The notes under the pieces are model-generated. The model was not told where the DNA came from. It was given only the letters and a program-made list of their open reading frames with translations, and ran no database searches. Position numbers and translations under genes: made by a program. DNA of 48,076 nucleotides, the filler included, from Hemiscyllium ocellatum (lineage: Eukaryota): NCBI RefSeq assembly GCF_020745735.1. It is 2 parts of 2 records of this genome, joined end to end, with 100 filler letters (N's around TTAATTAATTAA, not from the genome) between each part and the next. Parts side by side here need not be neighbours in the genome. Positions count along the whole stretch, not along the records: positions 28,818 to 48,076 come from NC_083409.1; 1 more part is not named here. One strand, 5' to 3'. Of the stretch, positions 35,190 through 48,076 are shown one piece after another; the stretch's first letter is position 1; the number at the start of each line of letters is the position of its first letter.

Positions 35190-35470
35190 GGAGTCTCCTA
35201 CAGAGTCCAGTAAACATGGCCTCCTTCCTGCAAGAGCCTCCACTAGAGACCAGTAAACATTGGTCTCCTTCTGACTGGACTCTCCAAAGGAGACCAGTAA
35301 ACATGTACCTCTTTCGGACTGGATCATCTAATAAAGACCAGTAAACATGGACCTCCTTCCTGCTGGAACCTCCAACACAGACCAGTAAACATGGATTTCT
35401 TTCTGACTGGATCCTCCAAGCCAGATCAGTTAATATGGGCCTCCTAATCATTGGAACTTCCAATGGAGAT
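35190..35470. repeat. About 44-bp minisatellite (CCAGTAAACATGG core), block 1
   Basis: Cores start at 35207, 35250, 35294, 35338, 35382 and 35426. Confidence 0.9.
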
Positions 35471-36705
35471 GAGCAGATGGTTTAATTTTTGAAGAAGTAA
35501 GCAAGAAGATAGGTAAAGATAGAGTAGTACACTCTGTCTACATGGAGTTAATACAAGGTTCCCTATGGTAGACTGCTCAGTAAGATTATATCACACAGGA
35601 TCCAGGGACAGCTCACCAATTGGACATAAAATTGGCCTGATGATAGGAGGCAGAGGCTGGTGAGAGAGGGTTGTTCTTCAGACTGGAGGCCAGTGACCAA
35701 CTGTCTGTCACAAGAATCGATCCTGGATCCACTGTTGTTCATCATTTATGTGAACAATTTGGATGAGAAAATAGAAGGAATGGTCAGTAAGTTTGTGGCT
35801 GACGTTAAAATTGTTGGCATAGTGGACAGGGAAGAAGGTTATGCAAGAGTGCAATGTCATATTGATCAACTGGGCCAGTGGGTCAACAAATCCAGATGGA
35901 ATTTTCGATAAATGGAAGGAGTTGCATTTTGGTAACACAAACCAGGGCAGGAATTACACAATTAATGGTAGAGCAATGGGGAGTGTTGTTGAACAGAGAG
36001 ACTGAGGGGTACAGGTACATAGTTCCTTGGAAGTGGTGTCACAGGTAGACAGGATGGTGAAGAACGTATTTGGCACGCTCACCTTCACTGGTCAAAGCAG
36101 GGAGTACAGGAGCTGGGACATCATGTTACAGCTGTACAAGGCATTGGGAAGGCCACATTTGGACACAGTACATTTCTGCTCATCCTGGTATAGGAAGGAA
36201 GTTATGACAGTGGTTTGAATAAAAGAAAGATTAACAGGGATGTTATCAAGATTGGAGGATTTGAATTACAAGATGAGGATGAATAGGCCAAGATGTTTTT
36301 CCAAGGAATGCAGGAGATTGAGGGGTGACCTTATAGAGGTTGTAGAATCATGAGGGTCATAGATAAGGTGAATAGTCAAAGTCTTTTCCCCAGGGTAGGA
36401 GAGTCCAGTACTAGAAGGAGTAGGCTTAAGTTGAGAGGGGAAAGATTTAGTAGGAAACTGAGAGGCAACATTTTCACACAGAGGTTAGTGTGTATGTGTA
36501 ATGAGCTGCCATAAGAATTCGTAAAGGTGAGTACAATTACTACATTTCAAGGACATTTTTACAGGAACATGGATAGGAAGGATTTAGAGAGAATTGGGCC
36601 AAACACATGCAAATGGGACTAGTTCAGTTTTGGATACTTGGTCGGCATGGATGAGTTGAGCTGAACGGCCTGGTCCCATGCTGTAAACCTCTATGACTCT
36701 TTGAT
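35470..36705 (+). mobile_element. CR1 LINE 3' fragment inserted into the minisatellite
   Basis: SQESILDPLLFIIYVNNLDE and SKFVADVKI motifs; CR1 3' tail. Confidence 0.9.
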
Positions 36706-36719
36706 GATGTATACATGGG

Positions 36720-36860
36720 TCACTTTCCCGTAGAACCAGTAAACATGGACCTCTTTCCACTGGAACCTCCAATAGACACCAATAAACAGGGACCTCCTTC
36801 CCACTGGATGCTCCAGAAGAGACCAGTAAACATGGCCCTCCTTCCCTCAGGACTGTCCAG
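36720..36860. repeat. About 44-bp minisatellite, block 2
   Basis: Cores at 36736, 36779 and 36823. Confidence 0.88.
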
Positions 36861-36869
36861 CACCTGCGC

Positions 36870-39800
36870 TGCAAACCCCACATCCTCTCCATCACGTATG
36901 CCTCTTATTTCAATCTCAACAACATTGTCTCTGCACTACTTCAGCCCCTTGACCACAGAAACCCTAATTCCTGCTCGTCCTGCCCCCTAACTCTATGATT
37001 CCAATGTCCTCTCCCAGCTTCCTAAAGCCATATTCCATAAACTCCAACTTGTCTGATATGGAGTGGGCCCTTCCCTGTCTCATCCATCTGTCATTCCAGA
37101 ATGACCCCTGACCTCACTGCCAGCCAATTGCCTCCATAGCCTCCCTCCTCCCTCTGTCTGTGTCCTGCTGCAGACTCACATTCCCTCCCTCCCCTTCCAT
37201 CTTCTGTCTCTGGGCTCCTGTCCATTGCTGCTTGCTCCATCCCACCATTGACAGCAGAGCCTTCAGACCCCTACAGCATGCTCTCTGATCTCCTGCCCTT
37301 GATCCCTCCCCCTCTGAATGGTTGTGCTATTGAATATACTGTTCAATCCCATCACTTTTGGTTCACTGTTCCCTTGCCATTGATTTGCTGAATTATTCCT
37401 CATCAGTAAATCTAGTCTGGCCTGTTCCCTGAGTTGGTTCAAGAAAGTTTTCCTTGAGAAAACACTCTTCTGTAAACTGGGTTGTCTGTTTCTCCCAGTC
37501 TTTGTGTAAAGGTGAGTCTAAGTGTGTGTAAGCTCTTATACAGCACAGACAGAGGTCACTGGGCTGATTGTGACTGTTAGACAAATGAGTCCAATGAGTT
37601 CCCATTTCCCCAGCCCTTCCTGTATAACCCTGCAATTGTTTCCTTTTCAGCTATTTCTCCAAATGCCCTTTTGAAAGTTGCTGTTGAATCCACTTCCACT
37701 CACCTTGCAGACAGTCATCATGAACTCGCTGGATAAAAAATGTTCCTATCTTCTCTCTTGTGCTTTAGACTCTTTCTGAAATGTGTGCCCTCTGGTTACT
37801 GACCCTCCTGCCTGGAGAAACAATTTGTCCTGTATTTACTGCATCCAAACTCACTAATTGTGAACCCCTCATTGAGTGAGACCTATTTCCAGCACAGGGG
37901 GAGAACTTTCAGCCTGTCAGGTAAATGCTGTCATTTCATGGAGCAATCCAGTCAGTCCCACCCCCTCCACTATTTGACCCCCAGAGCCTTGCAGGTTTAT
38001 TTTCATCAAGACCCCATCCAATCTGCCATTGCAATCACTGAGTGTCTTCACCTGTCTCACCTGAATGGGCACTAATTTCGAAGTCATTACCAATTGCTGC
38101 TAAAATCAAAGTTCTTTCTGACATTCCATATCTCTTGCCCAACAGAATGTAAGGTAATCTCAATGTGAAGATTGGATCTTGTCTCCACACGGACTGTGCG
38201 GTGGTCACCCTTACTGATACTATCATGGACAGATACACCAGCAGCAGGCAGGTTGGTGAGGGTGATAGTGAGTATGTTTTTCCCTCTTGTTGGTTCCCTT
38301 CACCACCTGCCCCAGGTCCAGTCTAGCAGCTGAATCAGGTGGAGCGTGACCAGTTTGCTCAGTAGTGATGTTTCTGAGCAGCTCTTGATGGTGGGCTTTG
38401 AAATCCGTTACTCAGAGTATATCCTGCATCATTCCCATTCTCTGTGCTCCCTCCAAGTGTTGTTCAACATGGAGGAGGACTGACTGTTCAGTTGAGGTTG
38501 GAGGGGAGGGCGGTGCTATGTGGTAATCAGCAGGAGGTTTCCTTCCACATGTTTGACCTCCTGTCATGAGGCTTCATGGATTCCATAGTTAATGGTGAGG
38601 ACTCTCAGGGCAACTCCCTTCCGACTGTACACACCACTGTGTTGCTTCCCCTGCTTGGTCTATCCTGCCAGTTAAAACTGAATGAGGGAAAAATTCTGTG
38701 CAGGTTTCACAGCTTGGAGACAGAGCTGCTGCTGGATTCTGTTTCTGATCTCCGAGTGCAGGCGTGTGTGTTTGTGAGAGAGTGACTGACACTTTTTCCA
38801 AAACTGTGCTGTTTCTGCAAAAAATAAATCCTAGAACCAGCCTCCTGTGCTGTCAGATTCCAGGGAGTGCAGACAGTTCACAGTTTTCTCCCGTCTCAGT
38901 AACAAACACCCAGCTGCTCCGAGCTCCTTCTTTCACTTCCTCTTTTGGTGAAGTTTCAACCTTGTGCTCTGACAGTCTTTGCAGTTATTTTTTACACTGG
39001 GGCTTTCTGCTGTGGTCAGAATCTCTAATAATAAGTGTCTAATCAGTGACAATCACAGCAGCTAAGAGCAGTCAGGACTGAGGAGCCAGGCTCATTGTGA
39101 AACATATTGGGAAGATCAAAGCCATCCTCTTCAGATCCTGGTATAAGCTCCATCCCTCTCCCTGAGCACTGTCTGCTGCTCAACCAGACTCTTTACAAAC
39201 TGGGTCTCATGTTTGAGAATGATCTAAGACCCGTATCTTCCATATCACAAAGATCAGCCACTGAAAATCTCAGCCATGTTTATGGGGCTCCAAACATGAC
39301 CATTCCAATGGCTGATGCACATCACAGCCACTGCCCTCCGTATCCTTCAGCTCATCCAAAATTCTGCAGCCCGTATCCAAACTTGCACCATGTCCCGTTC
39401 CCACAACCCCCTGCACCCCGTGCCTATATTGGCTCCTGGTCGAGCAACACCTCGATTTTCAAATTCTCATCCTTGTTCTCAAATCCCTCTCTGCCCTCCA
39501 CCCTCCCTATCTCTGTAACCTCCTCCAAGCTGCCTCACTCCATGTGGTCAGCAATCTTGGATAATTGGCTCTCTATTCCTTCATCCAAGTCATTGAGAAA
39601 TATCGTGAAATACTGAGGCCCCTGCACAAATCCCTGGGGACACCACTATTCACATCTTGTTCATTGGAGAGCACACACATTATGCCTCTTCTCTGTCTCC
39701 TACCTCCAAACTAATTCCTAACCCAAGACAAATAATTTTCTATCACTGTCTTGATGATAGGAAGCAGAGGTAATATTGGAAAGATGCTTGTCAGACTGGA

Positions 39801-42800
39801 GGCCTGTGTTGAGTGGAGTGCCTCAGGGCTCAGTGCTGACCCATTACTGTTTATTATCAATATTAATGATTTGGATGAGAAACTGTAAGGCATGATTAGT
39901 AAGTTTGATGTGCAGGTCAGGTGAATTGGTCATGTTAAATTGGCCATAGTCTTAGGTACATTAGTCAGAGGGAAATGGGTCTAGGTGGGTTACTCTTCAG
40001 AGTATCGGTGTGGATTGGTTGGGCTGAAGACCTATTTCCACACTGGAGGGAATCTAATCTCTAATCTTGTACAGGATGTCAGTGAGGTCACACTTGGAAT
40101 ATTGTATTCAGTTTGGTCACCTTGTTATAGGAAGGATATTACTAAACCAGAAAGAGTACAGAAGAAATTTGCAAGGATGTTGCCTGGACTCAACAATCTG
40201 AGTTATAGGGGGAAGTTAGGCAATTTGGACTTTTTTCTTCGAGCGTAGGAGACTGGTGGGGGAACTTTTAGAAGTGTATAAGATCATGAGAGACATGGAC
40301 AGGGTTGGGGAAACGAGGATGAGAGGGCATCAGTTTAGTGTTGGAGAGGAATGAATAAAAGGGAACCTGAGGGGCAACATTTTTACACAGAGGGCGGCAC
40401 GCATGTGGAATGAGATGCCAGCTGAAGTGATTGAGGTGGATACATTAACAACATTTAAAAGACATTTGGACAAATACATAGATAGGAAAACATTTGAAGG
40501 ATATGGGTCAAGTGCAGGGAAATGGGGTTAGCATGGATGGACATTTTGGTCAGCACGGTCCAGTTTGGGCCAAACGGCCTGTCTCTGTGCTGCAGGACTC
40601 GATGGCTCTAAGACTCTATAATTCCATATGTTTCCATGTTTATGAACAGTCTCTCAAACATAGAAACAAAGGAACTAGGAGCAAGAGGAAGCCATTCAGC
40701 CCTTCGAGTTGGCTCTGCCATTCAATGTGACCATGGCTGATCATCCAACTTAGTCCCCTGCTCCCATTTTTTCTCCATAAAATTTAACCCCTTTAGTCCG
40801 AAGAATATACTTATCCTCTCTTGAAAATATTGAATGTTTTGGGCTCAACTGCTTTCTGTGACAGAATCTCCCACTAGCTTCCCACTCTCTGGCTAAAGAA
40901 ATGTCTTCTTAGCTCAGTCTGAAATAACCTTTCACTTTTCGTTAAACCATAATTCGTAGTTCTGGATTCCCCAGTCATCAGGAGCATCCTCCCTGTGTTG
41001 CTCTAGTCTTGTCCTGTTCGGATTTTCAAGGTTACAATATGATTCCTTTCAATCTTCTCAGTGCCAATGAATATAATCCTAACTGATCCAGTTTCTCATC
41101 AGATCTAAGTGCTGTCCTCCCAGGAATCAGTCTAGTAAACCTTCGCTGCCCTCCCTCCACAGCCAGAACATCCTTCCTCAGATAAGGAGCCCGAAACTAC
41201 CCACGACAGAATCATAAAATCACACAGTACAGAGGAGCCCTTCAGTCCATTAACTGTGTACCAGCCAAACTGCACTAACCCTACACCAGTCCCACTTTCC
41301 AACATGAGGCCCACAGCTTGAATGTTATGACATTTCAACTGCTCACCCAAGAACATTTTAAAATTTGTAAGATTTCCCACCTCAACTCCCCTCCCAGGCT
41401 GTGCATTCCAGATGCACACCATTCTCTGGATGAAAAACATTTTCCTCAAAACATCTTGAAACCTCCTACCTTTCACAATGAATGTGAGTCAACGTGTTAC
41501 TGACCCTCCCATGAAAGAGAACAGCTGCTTTCTCTCCTCCCTGTTCATTCCCCTCATAACCTTATACACCTCTATCAGGTCCCCCCTCCACCTTCTCTGC
41601 CCTGAAGAAAACAACCCGAGCTGATCCAATTTCTCTTCATCACTGAGAGGTTCCATCCCACACAACATCCTGGTGATTCCCTCTGCACCCCATCCAGTGC
41701 AATCACATCCTTCCTACAGTGTGGTGACCTGAACTGCACACAGTACTCCAGCTGTGGCCTAACCAATGTTCTACTATCCTCCTGCTTTTATAACCAACAC
41801 CTGACATGACAAAGGCAAGTGTCCCCTATGCCTTCATAACTGCTCTGTTAGCCTGTCTTGCCATTTTCAGGGATCAGTGGAGAAGCACTCCAAGATCACT
41901 CTGTTCCTTTGAACTTCTTCAGTTCAAAGAACAAAGAGCAACGAAAATTACAGCAGAAGAACTGGCCCTTCGGCCCTACTAGTCTGCACTGGTCCATATC
42001 CTCCATCTCAACCTGTCATCAATTTTCCAAGATTCTGTCTCCCTTTGCTCCCTGCCCATCCATGTATCTATCTAGATATATCTTAAATGATGCTATCATG
42101 CCTGCCTCTATCACCTCCACTGGCAAGAAGAACTATCCACACATATCTCCCTGAAATGTTTCCACTCTCACTTTGAACTCATGACCCAGAGTAATTGAGT
42201 CCCCCACTCTGGGAAAAAGCTTCTTGCAATCCACCTTGTCTATACCTCTCATGATTTTGTAGACCCTAATCTGGTTCCCCCCCTCAACATTTGACTTTCT
42301 AATGAAAATAATCCTAATCTACTAAGCCTCTCTTCATAGCTAGTGCCCTCCATACCAGGCAATCCTGGTGAACCTCCTCTGCACCCTCTCCAAAGCATCC
42401 ACATCTTTCTGGTAATGTGGCAACCAGAACTGTACACAGTATTCCAAATGTGGCCAAGCCAAAGTTTGATATAATTCTAATATGACCTTTCAATTCTTGT
42501 ACTGAATACCACGTCTGGTGAAGGAAGGTATGCCATATGCCATCTTGACCACTCTGTCGACCTGTGTTGTCTCCTCCAGGGTACAATGGACCTGAACACC
42601 CAGGTCTCTCTGGGCATCAATTTTCCCAGGGTGTTGCATTCACCGTAAAGTTTACTCCAGATTTGGATCTTCCAAAATTCATCAGATCGCATTTGCCTGG
42701 TTTGAAATCCATCCATCCGTTTCTCTGCCCAACTGTCCAATCTGTCTATATTCTGCCACATTCTCTGACAGTCCCCTTCCCTATCTGCTACTCCACCAAT

Positions 42801-45800
42801 ATTAGTGTCATCTGCAAACTTGCTAATCAGACCACCTACACCTTCCTCCAGATCATTTATGTATATCAAAAACAAGAGCGGTACCAGCACGGATTCCTGT
42901 TCTCCATTTTGAGAAACTCGTTCCACTACTACTGTCTGTCTCCTGTTGCCCAGCCTGTTCTCTATCCATCTCGTGAGTAACTCTAGACCCATGCGACTTA
43001 AATTTCTTTATCAGTCTGCCATGGGAACTTTATCAAACGCATTCCTGAAATCCATGTGTATGACATCCACAGCCCTTCCCTCCTCAATCAACTTCATCAG
43101 TTCTTCAAAAAATTCTATAAAGTTGGTAAGACATAACATTCCCTGCACAACGTCATGCTGCATATAACTGATAAGTCAATTTTCTTCCAAATGTAAATAG
43201 ATCTTATCCCTCAGTATCTTCTCCAGCAGCTTCCCTATCACTACATCAGGCTCACTGGTTGATAGTTACCTGGATATCCTGGCTACCCTTCTTCAACATT
43301 AGCAATTCTCCAGTCCTGTGGGACCTCATCCATGTTCAAGGTTGCTACAAAGATATCGATTAAAGCCCCAGCTATTTCCTCTCTTGCTTCCCTCAGTAAG
43401 CTGGGATCGATCCCATCCTGACCTGGGGACTTGTTCACCTTGATGCCTTTTAAATACCCAACACTTCCTCCCTCCTTATTAATCGACTTGACCTCGAGTA
43501 ATCAAAACATCTATCCCCAACTTCAACATCTGTCATTTCCTCTCCTTGGTGAATACCGACGTAAAGCACTCATTAAGAATCTCATCCATTTTCTCTGACT
43601 CCACACATAACTTCCCTCCTTTGTCCTTGAGTGGGCCAACCCTTTCTCGAGTCATCCTCTTGCTCCTTATATATGAATAAAAGGATTTGGGATTTTCCTT
43701 AATCCTGTTTGTTAATGATATTTCATGACCCCTTTTAACCCTTTTAATTCCTCACTTCAGATTGGTCCTACTTTTACGATATTCTTTCAAAGCTTTGCCT
43801 GTTTTCAGCCTGTTTTCAGACCTATATATGCATCCTTTTTCCTCTTAGCTAGTCTCACAATTTCATCTGTCATCCAGCGTTTAATCCTAACCTGCCATTC
43901 CATCCCTTATTTTCACAGGGACATGTCTGTCCTGACTCCAGTCATCCTCTCTTTAAAAGCCTCCCACATATAAAATGTGGATTTCCCTTTAAACAGCTGC
44001 TCCCAATCCACATTCCCCAGCTCCTACCAAATTTTGGATAGTTGGCCTTCCTCCACTTTCACCCTCTTCCTTTAGGACCACTCTCATCTTTGTCCATGAG
44101 CATTGTAAAACTTATGGAATTGTGATCACTCTTCCAAAGTAATCCCCGACTGAAATTTCAACCACCTGACCGGGCTCATTCCCCAATACCTGGTCCAGTA
44201 TGGCCCCTTCCTGAGTTAGACTATTTCCACATTACTCTGTAAAATTCTCATGGATGCTCCTTACAAATTCTGCTACATTTTAACTTCTAACATTAAGTGA
44301 ATCCCAGTCAATGTTGGGAAAATTAAAATCTTCCATCACCACCACCTTGTTACTCCTACATCTTTCCATAATCTGTTTACATATTTGTACCTCTATCGCA
44401 GGTTCACTGTTAGGAGGCTTGTAGGATAGCACCAACATTGTTACTGCACCTTTCCTGTTTCTGAGCTCTGCCCATATTGCCCCACTGCTCGAGTCCTCCA
44501 TAGTGCCCTCCTTCACCACACCTGTGATATCCTCTCTGACCTGTAATGCAACTCCTCCATCCCTTTTACCTCCCTCTCAAACCCATCTGATACATCTGTA
44601 TCCTGTGATATTTAGTTAAATCTTGCCCTTCCCTCAACCACGTCTCAGTAATAGCAATAACATCATACTCCCAGATACTAGTCCAAGCCCTAAATTCCTC
44701 TGCCTTACCTACTACACTTCTCACATTAAAACAAATGCACCTCAGACCATCTGTCCCTTTGCGTTCATCATCTGCTCCCTACCTACTCTTAACCTTAGTC
44801 ACACTGACTTCAATATCTAGTTCATGACAGGCTTTAGTTACTCCTCATTATTGCCCACTAACTTCCTCATTTGGTTTCCCATCCCTCTGCTACACTATTT
44901 TGAACCCTCCCCAAGAGCGTGATCATACACATCCCTCAGGACACTGGTTCCAGTCCTGCCCAGGTGTAGACCGCTCGATTTGTAATTGTCCCATCTCCCA
45001 GGAACCAGTCCCCAATGTCCCAAAATCTGAACCCCTCCCTCCTGCACCATCTCTCAAGCCACACATTCATCCTGCCTATATTTTCATTTCGACTCTGACT
45101 AGCACATGGCACTGGGAGCAATCCTGAGATTACTACCTCTGAGATCCTACATTTTAATATGGTTCCTAACTCCCTAAATTCTGCTTGTCGGACCCCATCC
45201 CATTTATTGCTGATATCATCAGTCCTTCACGCACCATCACAGCTAGCTGTTCACCTCCCCCTTCAGAATGTCCTGCAGCCAATCTGAGACATCCCTGACC
45301 CGTACAACTGGGAGGCAACATGCTATTCGTGAGTCTTGTTTTTGACCACAGAACCGCCGATCTACTCCCCTTACAAAGTCCAAATCAACCATATCCACGG
45401 CCCCCCCCTTATCAATCCACTCACTACATCCTCAAACAATTCCAGTCGATTTCCCTTTCGACAATCCATGCTGACTCTGTCCAGTTCTGTCACTGTTTTC
45501 AAAGTGTTGTGCTATAAAATATTTTATCATGAACTTGGCATTTTCTCCACTGCTGATTTCTGGCTAATTGGTCTAAAATTTCTTATTTTCCGCTCCCCCC
45601 CCCCCCCCAACCTCTCTCTCTCTCTTTCAATAATTGTGTTAAATTAACTCCCTCCACTCTGTAGGACCGATTCCACAGTCGACAAACAGATAACCATCAA
45701 TGTTTCTCATATTTCCAACCACTTCCTGAAGCACTCCTGAAAATAGATTATTTGGCCCTGCTGATTAACACACTTTAATCTTCCCAGAATCATTCTCCTC

Positions 45801-48076
45801 CAATAACTGATTTCCTTCAGCTCCTCCTCTGATAAAACCCCAAGTTCACCAACATGTCTGAGATTTATTTGAGAATTCATTTGTGCAGAAAGATCCAGAA
45901 TATGTTTATCTGTCTTCTCTTTGTTCCAACTATAACATTATAACACTTGTGTGGAACTACCTTGAATGTCATCTGGACGTCCATATAAAAAAACATTCCC
46001 TTATTTCACACATTAGTGACCTCGTTAAAACATGTAACCAGGTTAATTTAAAGATGTCTGGCCCTTCTTAAAATCCATGCTGACTTACTCTGATCTGTTC
46101 ATATTTGTCAGACATTCTGTCTCTAAAACCAGATTCAACTACTTCCCAACAATAGACATTCAACAGAGATGTTCATTGTGAGTGAGGTTAGTAAACAGCT
46201 AGCATTGACATGACGGGCTGAACACCTCCTCCTAGAGTCACAGAGTCAAAGAGATGTACAGCATGAAAACAGACCCTTCGTCCAACTTGTCCATGCCAAC
46301 CAGACATCCCAAACCAATCTAGTCCCACCTACCAACTCCTGGCCAGATCCCTCCAAACCCTCCTGTTCATATACCCATGCAGATACCTTTTAAATGTTGC
46401 AATTGTACCAGCCTCCACCACTCCTCTGGCAGCCCATTCTGCACTCGCACCACCCTGTGCGTGAAAAAGTTGCTCCTCAAGTCTCTTTTATATCTTTCCA
46501 CTCTTACCCTAAACCTATGCCCTCTATTACTGGACTCCACCACTCCAGGGAAAAGACTTGGTCTCTTTGCCCTATCCATGCCGCTCATGATTTTATAAAC
46601 CTCTGTAAAGTCACTCCTCAGCCTCGGACACTCCAGGGAAAACATCCCCAGCCTATTTAACCTCTTCCTATAGCTTAAATCCTCCAACCCTGGTAACATC
46701 CTTGCAAATCTTTTCTGAACCCTGTCAAGTTTCACAACATCTTTCTGATAGGAAGGAGACCAGAACTGAACGCAATACTCCAAATGTGGCCTAGGTGACC
46801 TCCCAATTCCTATTCTCAATACTTTGACCATTAAAGAAAAGCATACCGAATGTCTTCTTCATTATCTTATCTACCTACAACTCTACTTTCAGGGAACTAT
46901 GAATCTGCACTTCAAGGTCTCTTTATTCAGCAACACACCCGCCGAGGATCTTACCATTAAGTGTATAAGTACTGCTAAGATTTTTCTTTCCCAAGTGCAG
47001 CCCTTGCATTTATCTAAATTAAACTCCATCTGCCATTCCTCAGCCCAAATGGCCCATCGAATCAAGATCTGTTGTAATCTGAGGTAACCTTATTCACTGT
47101 CCACTACACCTCCAATTTTGGTGTCATTGCAAACTTACTAACTCTACCTCCTATGTTCAAATCCAAATCATTTATGTAAATGACAAAAAGTAGTTGACCC
47201 AGCACCAATTCTTATGACATTCCACTGGTCACAGGCCTCCAGTCTGAAAAACATCCCTCCACCACCACCCTCTGTCTTCTACCTTTGAGCCAGTTCCTGT
47301 ATCCAAATGGCTAGTTCTCCTGTATTCCATGAGATCTAACCTTGCCTAACCTGTCTCCCATGAGGAACCTTATCGAAACGCCTCACTGAAGTCCAACCAC
47401 ATCCTGTCTAACGCTCTGTCCCTCATCAATTCTTTCTGTTACTTCTTCAAAAAACTCAATCAAGTTTGTGACACATGATTTTCCCATGCACAAAACCATG
47501 CTGACTACCCCTAATCAGTCTTTGCCTTTCCAAATATAAGGACAATCTGTCCCTTAGGATTCCTTCCAACAACTTCCTCACAATCGACGTCTGGCTCATT
47601 GGTCTACAGTTCCCTGGCTTGTCCTTACCACTTTTCTTAAATAGTCGCACCATTAGTGAACTTCCAGTCTTCTGGCACATCATCATTGTGACTATGAGGA
47701 TATAAATATCACAGTAAGAGGCCAGCAAACACTTCCCTAGCTGCTGACAGAGTCCTAGTTACACCTAATTAGGTCCTGGGGATTTATCCACGTTAATGCA
47801 TTTCAAGACTCGAGCACCTCCTCGTCTGTAAAGTGAACATTTTTCAAGATGTCACCATCTATCTCCCTACATTCTATATCTCAATATCCTTCTCCACAGT
47901 TAAACTGAAGCAAAATACTCATTAAGTATCTGCGCCATCTCCTGCAGCTCCACATAAAAGTCGCCTTGCTGATCTTTGAGGGACCCTATTCTCTCCTTAG
48001 TTACCCTCTTGTCCTTAATGTATTCGTAAAACCCCTCTGGATCTCCTTAACCTTATTTGCCCAAGCTATCTCATGT
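36870..48076. mobile_element. Near-continuous mosaic of CR1 and L2-type LINE fragments, mostly minus strand (long copies at about 41930-45500 and 46230-48076), plus a SINE 3' half at about 39908-40066
   Basis: RT/APE motifs in the ORF track (PLLFLIYINDLEE, SKFADDTNIGG, VVMEDFNFPNIDW, PGNCRPMSQTSIVRKLLE); L2-like LQLIQNSAARI at about 39340. A short non-repeat stretch lies at about 38600-39130. Confidence 0.85.

Noticed and set aside
28881-48076. The many 60-170 aa ORFs in the right half as genes
   Set aside because: Apart from 32513-33046 they are CR1/L2/SINE fragments, their antisense frames, or simple-repeat translations.

Overview
Vertebrate genomic DNA from a cartilaginous fish, probably a carpet shark, judged from HE1/SacSINE-type SINEs, dense CR1 LINEs and an NS4-type kappa leader. 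An artificial spacer (N44-TTAATTAATTAA-N44, 28718-28817) splits the window in two. The left half (1-28.7 kb) is a T-cell receptor V alpha/delta array. It holds one intact V (4851-5331) and one open V that lacks the first Cys and the Trp (26049-26552). It also holds a SINE-disrupted paralogue (13145-13962), an inverted pseudo-V with a CRE-like promoter cluster (9055-9727) and three further V relics that the ORF track does not show. An old segmental duplication underlies part of this array. A decayed, internally deleted epsilon-like endogenous retrovirus lies on the minus strand (about 15.4-20.9 kb: LTR, tRNA-Arg PBS, gag, pro, HCT motif, IN fragment, env with ISD) and is itself hit by a CR1 and a Penelope fragment. 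The right half (28.8-48 kb) is CR1/L2-saturated DNA with one minus-strand shark-type Ig kappa cluster: promoter, leader, V, 12-RSS, about 440 bp, 23-spacer RSS and J. Its V reading frame is intact, but its octamer, both heptamers and the J splice phase are damaged, and no C exon is visible. Most ORFs in the supplied track are LINE/ERV fragments or noise. All family assignments come from recognising motifs by eye; no database search was run.
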